From assembly GCF_006345805.1 (NCBI RefSeq), contig NC_042997.1, positions 25,048,001-25,112,000 on the forward strand: 64,000 nucleotides of DNA, read 5' to 3'. The translations under genes were made by a program, and so were the position numbers. The stretch is from Octopus sinensis. Lineage: Eukaryota. Of the stretch, positions 40,150 to 54,711 are shown one piece after another (the first letter of the stretch is position 1; the number at the start of each line of letters is the position of its first letter). The notes beneath the pieces were generated by a model, which was not told the DNA's origin, made no database searches, and saw only the letters and a program-made list of their open reading frames with translations.

Positions 40150-40600
40150 TCGTCATATGTTGTGGTGTGTGCTAGTGCTCCATTCTAGTTTTCTATTCAG
40201 GCTATGTTTATTTTCTATTATGTGTGTAGCTTCTGTAATTTGTCTGATTGTTGCATCTGTTCTATGTGTGGACAATATTTTAATTTCTATATTGTTGATT
40301 GATCCCCCGTGTTCCTATTCGGCGTGTTGGTACAGAATCGATGAGCTTTTACGTTCCTTGAGTTGTCTCCAATGGTCATTTACCCGCTCTCCTATGCTTC
40401 TTGCCGTTTCCCCTACGTATGTCATTGTCTTGTTACTGCATCGTCCCTCTATACATCTTATACTATAGACTACATTTCTGGCTTTACAGTTTGTTTGTGG
40501 GCTAGATCTACATACAGTACAGTACTTATCCGTACAGGGGGTTCTACTAAAAGGATAGGTTCTACCAATTATAGATTTGATAGGGTTCTCAATTTTTGAC
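40150..40600 (-). pseudogene. Penelope-like element GIY-YIG endonuclease (3' end of ORF)
   Basis: Minus translation PCTDKYCTVCRSSPQTNCKARNVVYSIRCIEGRCSNKTMTYVGETARSIGERVNDHWRQLKERKSSSILYQHAE*EHGG..IRQITEATHI..LNRKLEW; one stop. Confidence 0.88.
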
Positions 40601-41499
40601 AGTCAAAAATTGTGAAGCATGACTGCCACCACTGCTTCATGAACCTGAAGATTGCAGAATTTAATGCATGGAAGTACTAGTTCAATCAGAATGAACATTT
40701 AACATTCTATTATTTTATTTTATTATATTATCTGATATCATTATAAGATTGTAAATAAAACGTGAAAATCAGACAACGTTGGAATTCCTTTTATAATATA
40801 TATATATATATATAAGTATATATATATATATATAATATATATACTATATATATATTATATATACAACAAACATATATTTGCTAGACCAGCTGAGAAAATA
40901 CATTCAAGCAACTAGGTAAAAATCGATTCACTAGTTTCGATCTTTATTGCAAAATTCTCGAGATAGGCTTGTTCTTTCCAGTAAACTACAGAAATTTGCT
41001 GATACAAAACAAAATTAAAATATGCTCAAAATAGACTTGGATGTATCAAAGTATCGTTTGGCAATTTTCGTTTATTCAAACGAAGTACTGACACAGTACA
41101 TTTTAAGTTTAATTTAATAGTAATTAATTTAAATTAAATCAAATATATATTAATATTTTACTTGAGAGTGAATTAAGTATATATAAACAAGACTGCTACA
41201 ATACGTTTAAGCCTCGCGGTAAACACATTCGGTTAAGATTACAATGAAAGAGCACAGCAGTCTTTATAATTTCCCTCTTAGTTGCTGAATGCGGATCTTT
41301 GAGGTTGAATCACGTTGTATAGTAGATATACATTGTTATTATCTGTAGAAATTTTATCTCCAGTAACATGTGCAAGTGCTTCTTTTAAGTGCTTGTTAGT
41401 GTTTCAAATGCCACAGTGTCTCTACGCTTGTGCCTCTCTGATGATATCACTTCACATCCTACATACTGGACACCGTAAATATTAATCACAAAAACTCAC

Positions 41500-42000
41500 G
41501 TTTTTTCAGGGTAAAAAAAATTCTTTAACCTCAAGCGTTTATTTAGCTCATGCGATGGAGTACTGAGATTCGCAATAGAATACTGTTTTTACTTCTTGTT
41601 CGATGCTGCTCCCCCAAATGAAGGCATCCTAGACTGCTTCCTTAAAAGTGGTCAGTTGAAAGATTAACGGGAAATCTATCGCTACCAAACTCCAATGTCA
41701 GGAACGCAGGCATGCTCTCTTCTAGTCTTTTCTACTTTTACTACACTGGCTTCTGTTCCTTGCCGCTGACTATTTTCAACTCTACACAGGCTTATTGGTA
41801 TATTTTCTTCACTCTCCATCAACCAATTTCCCAATCCTTTCTTAGCATAATGTTATCCCTCTGAATCTTCTACACTGTATAATTTCTTTTATTGCAGTAC
41901 TTTCCCAGTTTATGTCAGATGCAATGGTTTGGATACTGAAATGGTATCCTGTTTGTTGCTCATCAAATTCAAAATCAATTTACGACACTCTCTTCTTATT
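41500..42000 (-). pseudogene. Very decayed RTE-like RT fragment
   Basis: Weak traces (RIP..; RFRGITL..IGK) with many stops. Confidence 0.3.
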
Positions 42001-42809
42001 TTCAGAAGACGGCTGGTTTATTTTAAAAGTAATATTTTACAATTACTATTTACACGGCACAAGATCATTGGATGTTTATGCAAGTCCAGTGTATTTAATC
42101 GCTTGATGTTAAATAGCTAAAACTCTGAACCTGAATCTCTTTAGCACTTGGCAACAATCCACAACAGTAAATCCGGAAAAGAAAATGTCTAATTTCTATG
42201 AGAGAAAGATTAATTATCGTACTGAGCAGGACTCTAGGGAAGTTTTCTTTTTAGATGTATTAATGCAAGATTAAACAGAGGAGTTTGAATTATATGAAAA
42301 AGATTTAGATATTTACTCTTAAAGACAACCCTTCGTATATATTTTAATAAGAACGAAAGTTTTCATCATTTTTAATAAATCTACTGATTTCTAACATAGG
42401 CACAAATCATAACATTCTGGAGGGTGAACATTTGCTATTATCGCCCACTAGAAATTGATTATTAAAGGTGAACATTTGCTATTGTCACCCCCTAGAAATT
42501 GATTACAAAATGAAAGGGAAGGGCCACCTACCTAGAATTTGAAATCAGGATCTAAACAAACATAACTCAATTGGAAGAGTTTTGTCCATTTCTATTCACC
42601 AATCCTGCTTTTCGCAACTTCCTTGATTTACTCAGATATTACAACTAATAAAACCTAAGCGTGTAAAATCGATATTTTATTCATCATTGCTTATAACCAG
42701 ACATATACATCAACAAACCATACTTGTTTCAGTTCTCTCATTCTGGACACAGAAATGTCCCTCCTTTAAAAATTATCCTCATATCTAATACTTTCCTTTT
42801 TCATTGTAG

Positions 42810-42873
42810 GCGCAGTCAGTAGAGGAAAAGCAGTTCCCACAAAATATTTATCTGGTTTTTATGATTATAATAG
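42810..42873 (+). CDS. Candidate exon 3: (R)AVSRGKAVPTKYLSGFYDYN
   Basis: Branch-like CTAAT, polypyrimidine tract and gtag| acceptor, donor TAG|GTGAGT; 64 nt, phase 1 to 2. Confidence 0.6.
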
Positions 42874-43047
42874 GTGAGTCCATAACAGAAGGAAACATAA
42901 TCGACGGACTGATGACATAGGAAGCAGAATATATATAGTTACCGAATTATTTTTGAAACGGGAAACAGACTGAATCCTTGTAACAAGGTGGATTCCATTA
43001 AATGTACACAAAGGTCACAAAGGCCAGCTTGTGCTATATATATATAC

Positions 43048-43250
43048 ATCTAATATAGGATATACTTTTTCGAAAAAAAGTTTATCAATGGCCAGCATAT
43101 TAAAAAATACATTTAAAGGTTGAATTTATAAACAACTTATAAACAAGGGCAAAAGAAAAAAGTGATGAATTATATGGTTATGGACGATGTGTCTAGTTTC
43201 GGCATATTTGGCATTAGAATTTTTTTCTTTTGCCCTTGTTTATAAGTTGT
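43048..43250. mobile_element. Partial copy of the 45578/46041 repeat with internal inversion-duplication
   Basis: 43048-43162 in same orientation as 45578; 43163-43250 inverted; 30-bp arms 43132-43161 / 43221-43250. Confidence 0.8.
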
Positions 43251-43251
43251 G

Positions 43252-43283
<32 letters not shown>

Positions 43284-44560
43284 TATATATATATTAATAT
43301 ATATATATATATATATATCGAGTAAAGTTATAGTAACTACTTGTCAGAAGAAGAAAGTGAAATGAATGTGATGATCAATGAGGTTACACTATCATTGTCC
43401 CGTCCCCTAAGCCTCTAATCTTATATTTTAAAATCTATTTGACCAGCACATTTTATTCTCTTTTCCACAATGTAGCTATAAGCACAGCGTAGATGTTAGA
43501 CTCTTAAAGACAACCAGCTGCATCAGTTATAGCGGAAAATATTTATCCTGTTTTTATCTTAGCACCGTGAAAACTAAGCTAATGACCAGCTGTTAATAAT
43601 TCTTCGGCAGTTTGATGATATTTATGATTTAAAATATAAACGTATTAGAAAATTTATTTTTAAAAATGTTTTTTTTTTCTATATAATACTGACAAAATAT
43701 AAAAATATTCTGCTCAAATAGATGTTTTCTTCATTCGATTAAAATAATGCGGATAAAATCGTTGATATTCTCATTGTTTCGAGATTTATATGCAATCATG
43801 GGAAAAAAGTTTATAAATATATTTTAAAGAAAGATTCGTAAGTATTTGTGCATGTCTTTATGTAAAACATTTGATATTACAAAAGATGGCCCATAATTAG
43901 CATGCAATATGGATTATGTTAGCTATCTTTTATGAACACTTTTAATGAAATAAGAAATAAGAATATCTCGCCTTCTTCTCCTATATCACATACACGTATA
44001 TATGTATACGTGCATGAGTTTGTAAGTATATATGCATGTATTATATAGATAGATAAGTGAGGATACATTCATATGCGTATGCTTATGTACTTATGATCAT
44101 ATTTTGTGCATATGGATGTAGTTATAATTCATAGGGCAAGAGATACAGAATATACAAGCTTAGAAGCATAAAGAAATAGACGGAGGGTGTGTAAGAAAAT
44201 AAAAAAAATAGATGGAATAATATAAAAGTTTTGAATGCTAAACACTTCCATGTTTTAAAAACTAATGAACAATAGGAATTTTTTTTTTATCGAAATGGAA
44301 ATTGAGAAAAAAAAAAACTGGCAACATCTCATAAAAATTACAGTGAAACGAAATAATAATTGCACAGTCTTTACCTCACTTACGCACATTCATATATACA
44401 TATACATACTACACACATACACTCACACACACACATATATATATATATACTAGTGTGTGTATATGTGTGTATGTTAGTGTGTGTGCGCGCATGTATGAGT
44501 GAAGGCATCTGTGTGTTTGTGTGTGTGTATATTATGTATATATGTATACACACACACATG

Positions 44561-44598
<38 letters not shown>

Positions 44599-45471
44599 TG
44601 CATATATATGGATATATTGACTAATAGATTTATTGAAGGAATAAGTGCTCATCATCGACAGCGATGAAGGACCCTTCAGGAAATATATTTCGCAACATAA
44701 GTGTAGACATAGTTTTTCTATGGGTACATTCAACAATCATTGTTTTTGTTTCAATTTATTCAGTCTTTTCATTTCTATATATAGGTACAGAGCATAGCAC
44801 CAATTAAATTTTAATTAGCAGTGTAGCACATTCAATGAATAAATGAGTCGAACAGTTGAATTAATGCGTTCTTTGTGAGATTCATATAAGCGTAGACACA
44901 TATACACACAATTTACACACACGTATATATTAGCGAAGATTATTGAAGTTACTCAAGGATCTAGAATTTCGTGAAAAAGCAATTATCAAGACTGGCGTGA
45001 AATTCTAGATCTCGAAGTAAATCCTATTTTAATCAAGGGTAATTATAAATTATTTATACTCTGTTTTATATGTATATTGATTTATTTTTCTCCTCTTTAT
45101 AAAAAAACAAATGTGTACAAACACACACACACACTTAGATTATTTGTGGCAGATATCACATGTGTCGTGGTTTTCCAACTTCAAATACACATAGAAAAAT
45201 TCAAGTATAGATGGAAAGAATCGTTCTTTTTTCTAGTATCTGCAGGTTGAAAATTTTTGTTCTTTTAAAAAATTGCAGAAAAATACAACAGCAAAATGAA
45301 TGATAAACTCGATGGGGAATCAATAAAAGAAATCTATTTAATTCATGTCTTTGATGCAATATGGAATGTCTGTGTAATACAAAGATGCTCCCATGCAATT
45401 GTGTAATTTTTTGAGGTGAAATGCTTCATGTATCAACAGGCAGAGTTGTAAATATACATACATACAGATAA

Positions 45472-46319
<848 letters not shown>

Positions 46320-46331
<12 letters not shown>

Positions 46332-46500
46332 GTATGTATGTAGGGAGAATTCACAAAAAAAAAGAAAACAAAAGACGAAGACTGGTGGTGTAGAAAACAA
46401 ACAGATGTATTAGTATAACGCTGGGGAATTGAAAAAGTCTTCAACGTTTCGAGCCTACGCTCTTCCACAGAAAGGGGCACAGAAAGAAACAAGGAGAGAA
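46320..46500 (-). mobile_element. Short (TA)n-anchored PLE-type terminal repeat with degenerate minimal hammerhead (46438-46474)
   Basis: CUGUGGA-A-GAGC-GUAG-GCUC-GAAACGUU; homologous to 63630-63800 and 48125-48340. Confidence 0.65.
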
Positions 46501-47399
46501 TATGTATATATATATATAAATATTACACGCGTGTATACATATGAATACGCACGAGTATATGTGCATTGTATGTTTCTGTGAATGTGTTATACATCCATAA
46601 TAACTTCTGAAATAAAATAACATACCTAGCATGCTTCTGTGACTTATAACAACACTAACATGTGTTTGGCTTACATATAACTAAGAAATTCTGCACTATA
46701 CTGAGACGATCGATTGCTTAAAATTAATAGCTGTTAAAGCTTCCCTTTAGATAACGTAATGAAGGAGAAGGATATCCTCGCTACTTTTAACGACTTCAAA
46801 CTTAACATATTTATCAATATTATCACTGCTGATTTCCTGATGTGACACCAGTTTTATCAACTGGCTTATAGAAAACCTTTGAAAAATCCAAGGAAAATGT
46901 TTTTTTTACATTAAGACTAAGACTCCGCCGCACTTCATATGCTTTATGCCCTCCAAACATTAAGAAAAATCGCTAGATCAAAAAAAAAAAACAATTGGAA
47001 GTGAAAAAATTCCATTATATTATCCTTTGGATATTTCGAAAAATATCCAAACCTGCATAATTAAAAGCTCATATTTGATCTGTGTACAGTAAATAAAGTC
47101 AAAAGATACCTCAAATAATCAAAAACAAGATCTTTATGTAACCGTCGGATCAGTAATTTATGTGAAAAGCAGACACTTCTAAAAATATCCTTTACACAAC
47201 CGAGGAACCACAAAATTTACCTATATATCCACGGAAATTTACGACTGTCTGGTATTGCTTTAGCTTAGAATTTTGCAAACATTACTATTTTTACTTCCAT
47301 CTTTACTTTCAGTTTTTAAGTGAATCTCCTTCAAAATGGCTGTCTTCCCTTTTCTCACGTCTATGTCGTTTATCCAACTCAACATATTTATCTCCTCCA

Positions 47400-47900
47400 A
47401 TCTCATTTAAATTATGTTGACCCTATAGAGAACCTTTGTTCTCAGCCGCCTGGACTACTTTTCCCAGTTATGGTCACCACATAGTGCCAAACTAACAGCG
47501 GAGCTTGAAGAAGTCCAACGCCACAACAGTAAAAAGATTGAAACTGCAGTGGATGAGCTATAGGGATAGGCTGAGAAAATTACAGTTCTGCTTCTTGGAG
47601 TGAAGGCGTGAGAAATATGCAATAATATACATATGGAAAATCCTAGAAGGGCTACTACCTAACTTTGGCATTGAGTGTTATACAAACACTGTCCACTCCA
47701 TGTAAATTCAGGACCAGGTATTGCAATAGTCGAGGTTCAAAGGCCCACAGTTTTTCAATGCCCTGCCACAAAATTTAAGAAACTTGCATAAGATGGAAGC
47801 AGATGTCTTCAAAAAGGAATTAGACATCCTCCTCACCACAATACCCAATGAACCGACAGTTCGACATTAGTATAGACGAGGGTACGGAATCAAACTCAAT
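47400..47900 (+). pseudogene. CR1-clade LINE 3' end remnant
   Basis: MLTLYRTFVLSRLDYFSQLWSPH..ELEEVQR..MSYRDRLRKL..RREKYAIIYIWKILEGL. Confidence 0.82.
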
Positions 47901-48051
47901 TGTACATCAACTGAACCAACAGCTGGGAAAAAGGCACATACAGGAGTGGTGATGTGAAACACCCAGACTGAGGAAGTGAGAAAGACAATGGTGGTGCTCC
48001 AGCATGACTACAGCCGCTTGGCTGAAACGAGTAAAAGAGTAAAAGAGAGTG

Positions 48052-48124
<73 letters not shown>

Positions 48125-48125
<1 letters not shown>

Positions 48126-48326
48126 ACCTCGTCTGTATCACTAGCGATTTTTTCCCCTGTCTTCCCTTCTCGGGATCTTTCATTCTCCTATGTTTCCGAC
48201 GAAGAGCTCCGCTCGAAACGTCAAACCTCCTTCTTCCCTTCTTTCCTGAGCGTCCAATAATACTATATTTGTTCCACGTCCTTGCGTTGTTGTTTTTTTT
48301 GTTTTTGTTTTCTGTTGTTTGGATTA

Positions 48327-48340
<14 letters not shown>
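48125..48340 (+). mobile_element. Short (TA)n-anchored PLE-type terminal repeat with minimal hammerhead (48192-48226)
   Basis: GUUU-CCGACGA-A-GAGC-UCC-GCUC-GAAA-CG-UC-AAAC. Confidence 0.7.
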
Positions 48341-48414
<74 letters not shown>

Positions 48415-48737
48415 AGTGAGAGAGAGAGAGAAACACTATATATATTATGTGTATAATTACATACGTATACACAAACACACTCACACCCAAAACACTCATC
48501 CACACACACAAGCATATATGTAGATATGCGTAGATGTACTATATCTATAGAAATGTGTATGTTTGAGTGGGCTTGAATGCATAATTTTGTACTATATTTT
48601 TTATAAGTTTATGCTAGTGCCAAGAAAAGGAAAACGCACAAAAGAAAATAAATGCTGCTGACTACAAGAACGAGAACAAAAACAACACCAGAAGGAGCAA
48701 CGGCAAATAGAATGACGATGATGATTATTATTACTCC

Positions 48738-48773
<36 letters not shown>

Positions 48774-49735
48774 CGGTAGTGGTAGTAGTGGTGATCGTCG
48801 TAGCGGTCGAGGTCGACCCAGTTGTCGTGATTGCCGTCGTCATGATAGTGGTGGTGGCGGTGGTATGGTTGTGAATGTGTTGGTGTTGGTGGGGATTGTG
48901 TTGGAGGTGGTTACAATAAAAATATCAACAACGAAACATTTCTGAAGCCAGCGCCCTGTTCTCTCCTAAATGATCAGTTATGCGTCAAAATGATTGGAGA
49001 ACACTACAGGTAAATTAAATTTGTAGTCGCACTGTTGTGTTTTGGCGTTGTATTCTTCATTCATTAAATCTTAAATGCGATCTTTCGGTGTTCAATGGAG
49101 GCGCTTTTGCGAATGTCTGCTTTAAGAAACTGAGTCTGCGATGCTTGAGGGCAAAATTTTCAGTTAACTTTAAAACTATTGCATTAGAATAAGGATTTTG
49201 GCGCCCTGGTAATTGTTTTTATTGGCACTTTTTTTAATTTTATGTTGGCAGTTTTGTGTTGTTATAATTGTTGTACTTAAAGAAGCGGAGTTGATGGGAG
49301 AGGGAGGGCCATCCGAAACGTCATTGAGAGGAGCATAAAGAGATCAAAAATGGTTGCAGGTTTGCCAGCAGCATTAGTTAAGTGAATGGGTGGGTGTGGA
49401 ATGGCAATGGGTGAGTGTGGACAAAAGGCTGATTATTGGAACTTTTTATTAAACGATAGGAGACTAAAAAAAAGGAAAAGAGAAATGAGCAAATCAACAA
49501 GAAAACAAAAGCATTAACCACTTGGGAACTAGCTGAAAGACACAAATGAACAGGGGTTCCTACGACAGCACACAAAGACACAAGCGCGCATAAGAAGACA
49601 CGCACACGCGTATATATTTATGCATGCGTATATGTGCTTGTACATAAGTATGTATGTATGGAGGTAGGTAGGTAGGTATAAATATATTTATATGCGAGTA
49701 TGTACATATATATATTTATAGGCATATGCACATAA

Positions 49736-49794
<59 letters not shown>

Positions 49795-49811
49795 CGTGTA
49801 TGTATGTATAT

Positions 49812-49844
<33 letters not shown>

Positions 49845-49887
49845 TGTGTATATATATTTATATTTATATTATATATATATATATGTA

Positions 49888-49980
<93 letters not shown>

Positions 49981-50081
49981 ATCTATCTATCTCTATCTCT
50001 CTCTCTATATATATATATATATCTTAGTGTTTGTTTTTATGCCAAATTATGCATAAAATCAATCAAATATTAAACCCACGA

Positions 50082-50290
50082 TGGCGAGCTGGCAGAGTAG
50101 TTAACCTCCCACTGGGCAGGATGCTTAGCGGCATTTCGTCCGACTTCACGTTCTGTGTTCGAATTCCATCGAGGTCATCTTTTCTTTTCATCCTTTCTGA
50201 ACCGATGAAACAAGTGCCGGTCGAGCACTAGGATCGATGTAATTGACTTATCCACTTTCCGGAAATTGCTGTCCCTGTGCGAAAATTTGA
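50082..50290 (+). mobile_element. SINE family A (diverged)
   Basis: ggcgagctggcagagtagtta..ctttttcatcctttc.. Confidence 0.75.
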
Positions 50291-50689
50291 ATCCATTATT
50301 AAACTCATGGGTTAAAAGATACTTTTTAGGAGAGTACGCATTTAATTAAACTTTTGCAGGCAACGGTGACTTCGTAGTTAAGGCTTACTAAGAAAGTTAG
50401 GAAGTAAAATTTCAAAGACACTCCTTGTAAAAGTTAAATACTCTCACACACGCATATCTACAAGTTTTGCCAACAAATGGAAAAGCGTAAATTACCCAAT
50501 GCAGTGAAAAACCAACATTTATGGGAAACAGCCAGACTATGAAATCTTGATCTTTATAGTTCCACACACGAGATGTGTCTTTGCTATTTTTAGATGATAT
50601 CGTGCTGTTGCGAGAGGTGGGAGAAAAAATACTCGATTGATTCGAGTCCAGAAATCGGTTAGGCTTTTGTCTCATCTTCATCAAACTCA

Positions 50690-52050
50690 GAATGTGACCT
50701 TGTTTTGTCTTATTTTTCCCTCTTTAGTTTGTATCAATGGTCTTGCGAGTATCTTCGAAAGGGATCGTTTCCCGGAGGACTTAGACGTCAGGCTTTATGA
50801 TCAGTAGCAAGAACTGGTTGTAATGAATGTGGCAAGCGCTGAAGTATTTCTTTAAGGCATCTTTATTCTGCTTCTTCAGTGCTCCTCTATCACAATGACT
50901 AGAGAAGCATTCGCCACACTTCATGATCTTAGGAGGATGGTGGTCCTCCATCCTGGACATATGACCTAATCAGTGTAGCTCTGACTTCAGCAGAATTACT
51001 TTGACCATTGCCTACTCTAGGAATTCGACGTTAATGACACTCCAGTGGATGCTGAGGATGATGCGATGGCAGCGCTGATGGAATCGTTCAAGGAACCGTA
51101 GGAAGTGCCGATAGATGATCCACGACTGTCAGCTGCTGAAGGGTGTGGTCAGAATGATGGCTTTGTATACCCTGATCATTCTTTGGAGGGCTTATTGTTC
51201 CAGGCTCGTTCGTGCAGTTTACCAAGGGTACTGTTTGCCTTGGCCGGTTTCTTGTCACACCCTTTGTCGATTTTGGCACCCGACGTGGTAGTGCAGCCTA
51301 CGTAAGTGAACTGGTTGAATGTCTTTAGTTCAAACTCCCCGATGGTGATGTGAAGTGATGATATATTTTTGCTGTGATGCAGGTTGGTGGAGGAGGTGTG
51401 GTTTCTTTAAACTGATTTCTAGTCCAATGTGCCAAGCAAGAGATGATGTGTTGCAGGACTGTCTGTGTGGCAGCAAGGGCAACATCGTCCACGAAAAGTA
51501 ACCCATGGGTGAATTGTTCCAGTATTTTGGTATGAGCTTGCAGGCGTCACTGGTTAAAAATGATGTTATCAGAACCGTACTGGAGTACATCGCTGAAATC
51601 TTGTGGTAAACTTTCTTCCATCTGCAGACGAATACCTCGTGGAGTGCAATGTTGCGCCACCAACTTTCTATGTCTCCGGCTGGATTTAGTCCATTCTGCT
51701 GCCTTTCCACTTAGTTTTTCTATGAACTCGGTTGTCTCTGTAAAGAGGGAAATTAATTCAGCTCTGAATTCAAAAGTTGCTTAAGGATACTAAAGCACTG
51801 CTGAGCCTTGGACCGAATCTTCATTCAAGAGTGTTTGAAATTGCTCCAACAACTAGCTCATGATAGAGGACTTATCTGTGAAAAGCGTCCTTCTGTATGC
51901 ACAGTGGACTCAGATACGAAGGCCCAATACGCATCTTTGAGGTCTTCGTAGAAACCTTTGTAGTCGCCAGAGTCTGCGCTAAGTTGAGTTAATTTAATGC
52001 GGTTTAAACATTTTTCCTTTTCGATCTCAGAATATTTGCATTGGAGATTG
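50690..52050 (-). pseudogene. RTE (BovB-like) LINE ORF2 remnant with large internal deletion
   Basis: Minus fragments FYEDLKDAY..; ANSTLGKLHERAWNN..IRVYKAIILTT..WIIYRHFLRFLERFHQRCHRIILSIHW..LGHMSRMEDHHPPKI. Confidence 0.82.
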
Positions 52051-53086
52051 CTGCAAAATAGGCGGAGGGCTGTTTTTTTTTTTTTCCATCACCAACCTAT
52101 TTATGCATTGCCCTCGGTTTGTTCTTCTTGAAAATGAGTACTGGAAAGCTTCTCTAGAATCTATTACTGAGGGCAAAAAAAAAGCACTTCTCGATTTCGA
52201 ACATGCAATATGGTAACTTGGAAAACTTCTATTACATATATGTAATCTTTACATACACGTACATTACACATGTAAGATCTACTTTATGAATGCGCAACGC
52301 TCATCACGAATACTTCTCTCTCAGCGATATTGCTGAATATACCATGGTTTTTTTTCATTGCCAGCTTTCATTTATTTATTTATTATTTATTTATTTATTC
52401 ATTTATTCATTTTGTTTGGCACTTATTTATTCGGGGTTTTTTGTTCACGTTGTTTGTCTTTCGCTTGTATTTAAATTTTCTCTTCACCCACCATTTTTTT
52501 TTTATGTACTGTATGTTTGTTTTTCTTATATTCTCCTTTGTTATTTCCCCTTGTATTTCTCTACTCTTTAATGCTGTAAAAGAGAAAAATAAAACTGCTA
52601 ACAATAACAAGAAAACAAATCAGTGACGTGTGAAGAGGGGTTAAGTCCATATTCTCGCTTGACGGAGGAAGCCTTGTAAAATATGGCTGTTATCGTCGAT
52701 AACATAACGTCGTGCGCACAAGGTCACGAGTTCTCATTCCTTCAATCTCTCTCTGTCTATTTAATTTTTTTTTCAGCTATTTATTCTCTCTTTACAACAC
52801 TTGCTTTAGCTTTCGCATATTATTCTTCTTCAACAATAACTTACATCCTCTTTCATACAGCAAATACATACACATTTGACCGAGTGAAACGCATACACGC
52901 GCAGACACACTCTCCCTTTCTTTTCCCGTTCGGCTCCTGCCCTCATATCCCCCTCTTTCTTTTTAGCTCTCGGAGTCTTGCTCTCCCTCTCCATCTTATT
53001 TCGCTTCAGTTTGCCTTTTCTTCCATAACATGTTATAAATCAAAATCTTCTTCGTTGTCGCCATTGTTGACGTCGTTCCAGTTATG

Positions 53087-53139
53087 TCAGTAGTAGTAGT
53101 AGTAGTAGAAGAAGGAGAAGAAGAAGAAAGAAGAAGAAG

Positions 53140-53171
<32 letters not shown>

Positions 53172-53618
53172 GATGAAGAAGAAGAAGTTGAAGAAGAAGA
53201 AGAAGAACAACAACAACAACAACAAGAGGATGAAGAAGAAGAAAATGAAGAAGACGATGAAGAAAGAGATAAAGAAGATGAAGAAGAAGAAGAAGATGAT
53301 GATGAAGAAGACGATGATGAAGAAGAAGAAAATGAAGAAGAAGAAAATGAAGATGATAAAGAAGAAGAAGAAGAAGAAGAAGAAGAAGAAGAAGAAGAAG
53401 AAGAAGAAGAAGAATTCATAGCATATGCACCAACAGGAGCAGCTTTGGCGACTCTTCCGATGTACAAACATTGACATCAGCAGTAAGTACATAATGTTCA
53501 TCGCTGTTGTTTCCGACGTCGTCGTCATCATCATAAACATCATGACCATAATCTTCAAAGTCATCATCAATAACAGCGTCATCGCCATCGCTGGTATCAT
53601 CACAAAACCACCACCACC

Positions 53619-53652
<34 letters not shown>

Positions 53653-53735
53653 TCAGCACCACCACAACCACCACCACTATCATTATCTTCCTCCTCCTCC
53701 TCCTCATCATCATCATCATCATCATCATCACTCAT

Positions 53736-53771
<36 letters not shown>

Positions 53772-54482
53772 CAAAACCACTACCACCGTCACAGCCATCT
53801 TCATCACCATCACAGGTATCATCGTTGTTGTCGTCGTCGTCATCATCATCATCATCATCACTCCTCCTACTACTACTACCACTACTACCACCACCACCAC
53901 TACTACTACTACTGCTACCACCAAAACCACCACCACCATCTTCATCATCACCATCACAGGTATCATCGTCATCGTCGTCGTCGTCGTCGTCATCATCATC
54001 ATCATCGTCATCATCATCAATAACAACAACAACAGCAGCAACAACAACACTACCAACAACAACAACAACAACAACAAGAGCATCAATACTAACGGCAACA
54101 ACATCTACAATAACAACGAGATCTACAAGAATAGCAGCAATGACAAGAGCTAGAAAGAGGAAGGCAGCTCAATCTAAGGATGGCTTAAGACCAAGTCGTT
54201 TATCACTGTCACAGCAATTCAATAGCCAAGGGTGTCAAAATTTGTGGACGATAAGGTGATAGATGGACAGGCTGGCCCTAATGACAGGTTCTGGCTATGT
54301 ATGGATGAATGATGAACTTAGTTCTGTCACACTTAGGCAGCACACAGCCAATATCTCAATTATTTCCTTAACAACACCATACAACACGAGCGCAACTGGA
54401 GATGACCATCTCTTTTACAAATATCGCAAAAACTACGACGACCACGCCGACGGCAATTACCACTACCATCACCACCACCACC

Positions 54483-54514
<32 letters not shown>

Positions 54515-54570
54515 CAACAACAACAACGAAAGCAACACTACCACCACCATTGCCATCACCATCAACATAC
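53087..54570. repeat. Compound trinucleotide microsatellite array (TAG, GAA, GAT, CAC, CAT, TAC, CAA)
   Basis: Direct inspection; generates poly-amino-acid ORFs in several frames. Confidence 0.95.
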
Positions 54571-54711
54571 CGTTACCTACACCAGCAGTATCGTCACAAT
54601 TTATAATACCAATACAACAGCTATGTGAACATTGGCAAGAACTACAGCCTCAACTACTAGCAGTAACACAAACTAGGAATTACAAAATCTAGATTCACCT
54701 CAGCCACAACC

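Noticed and set aside
43476-43596. Alternative phase-2 terminal exon (SYKHSVDVRLLKTTSCISYSGKYLSCFYLSTVKTKLMTSC*)
   Set aside because: Good acceptor and open frame, but shares short motifs with 42313 and 42840, suggesting old local duplication; cannot be ranked against exon 4 without RNA data
44786-44800. Strong-looking acceptor cttttcatttctatatatag|G
   Set aside because: In phase 2 it gives only RYRA* and there is no other support
49275-49330. GAAACGUC preceded by a GAUGG/CCAUC stem
   Set aside because: No CUGANGA core or stem I pairing
53082-54692. Poly-K/S/T/P/N ORFs of 80-340 aa
   Set aside because: Trinucleotide repeats lacking stops; no domain content or splice context
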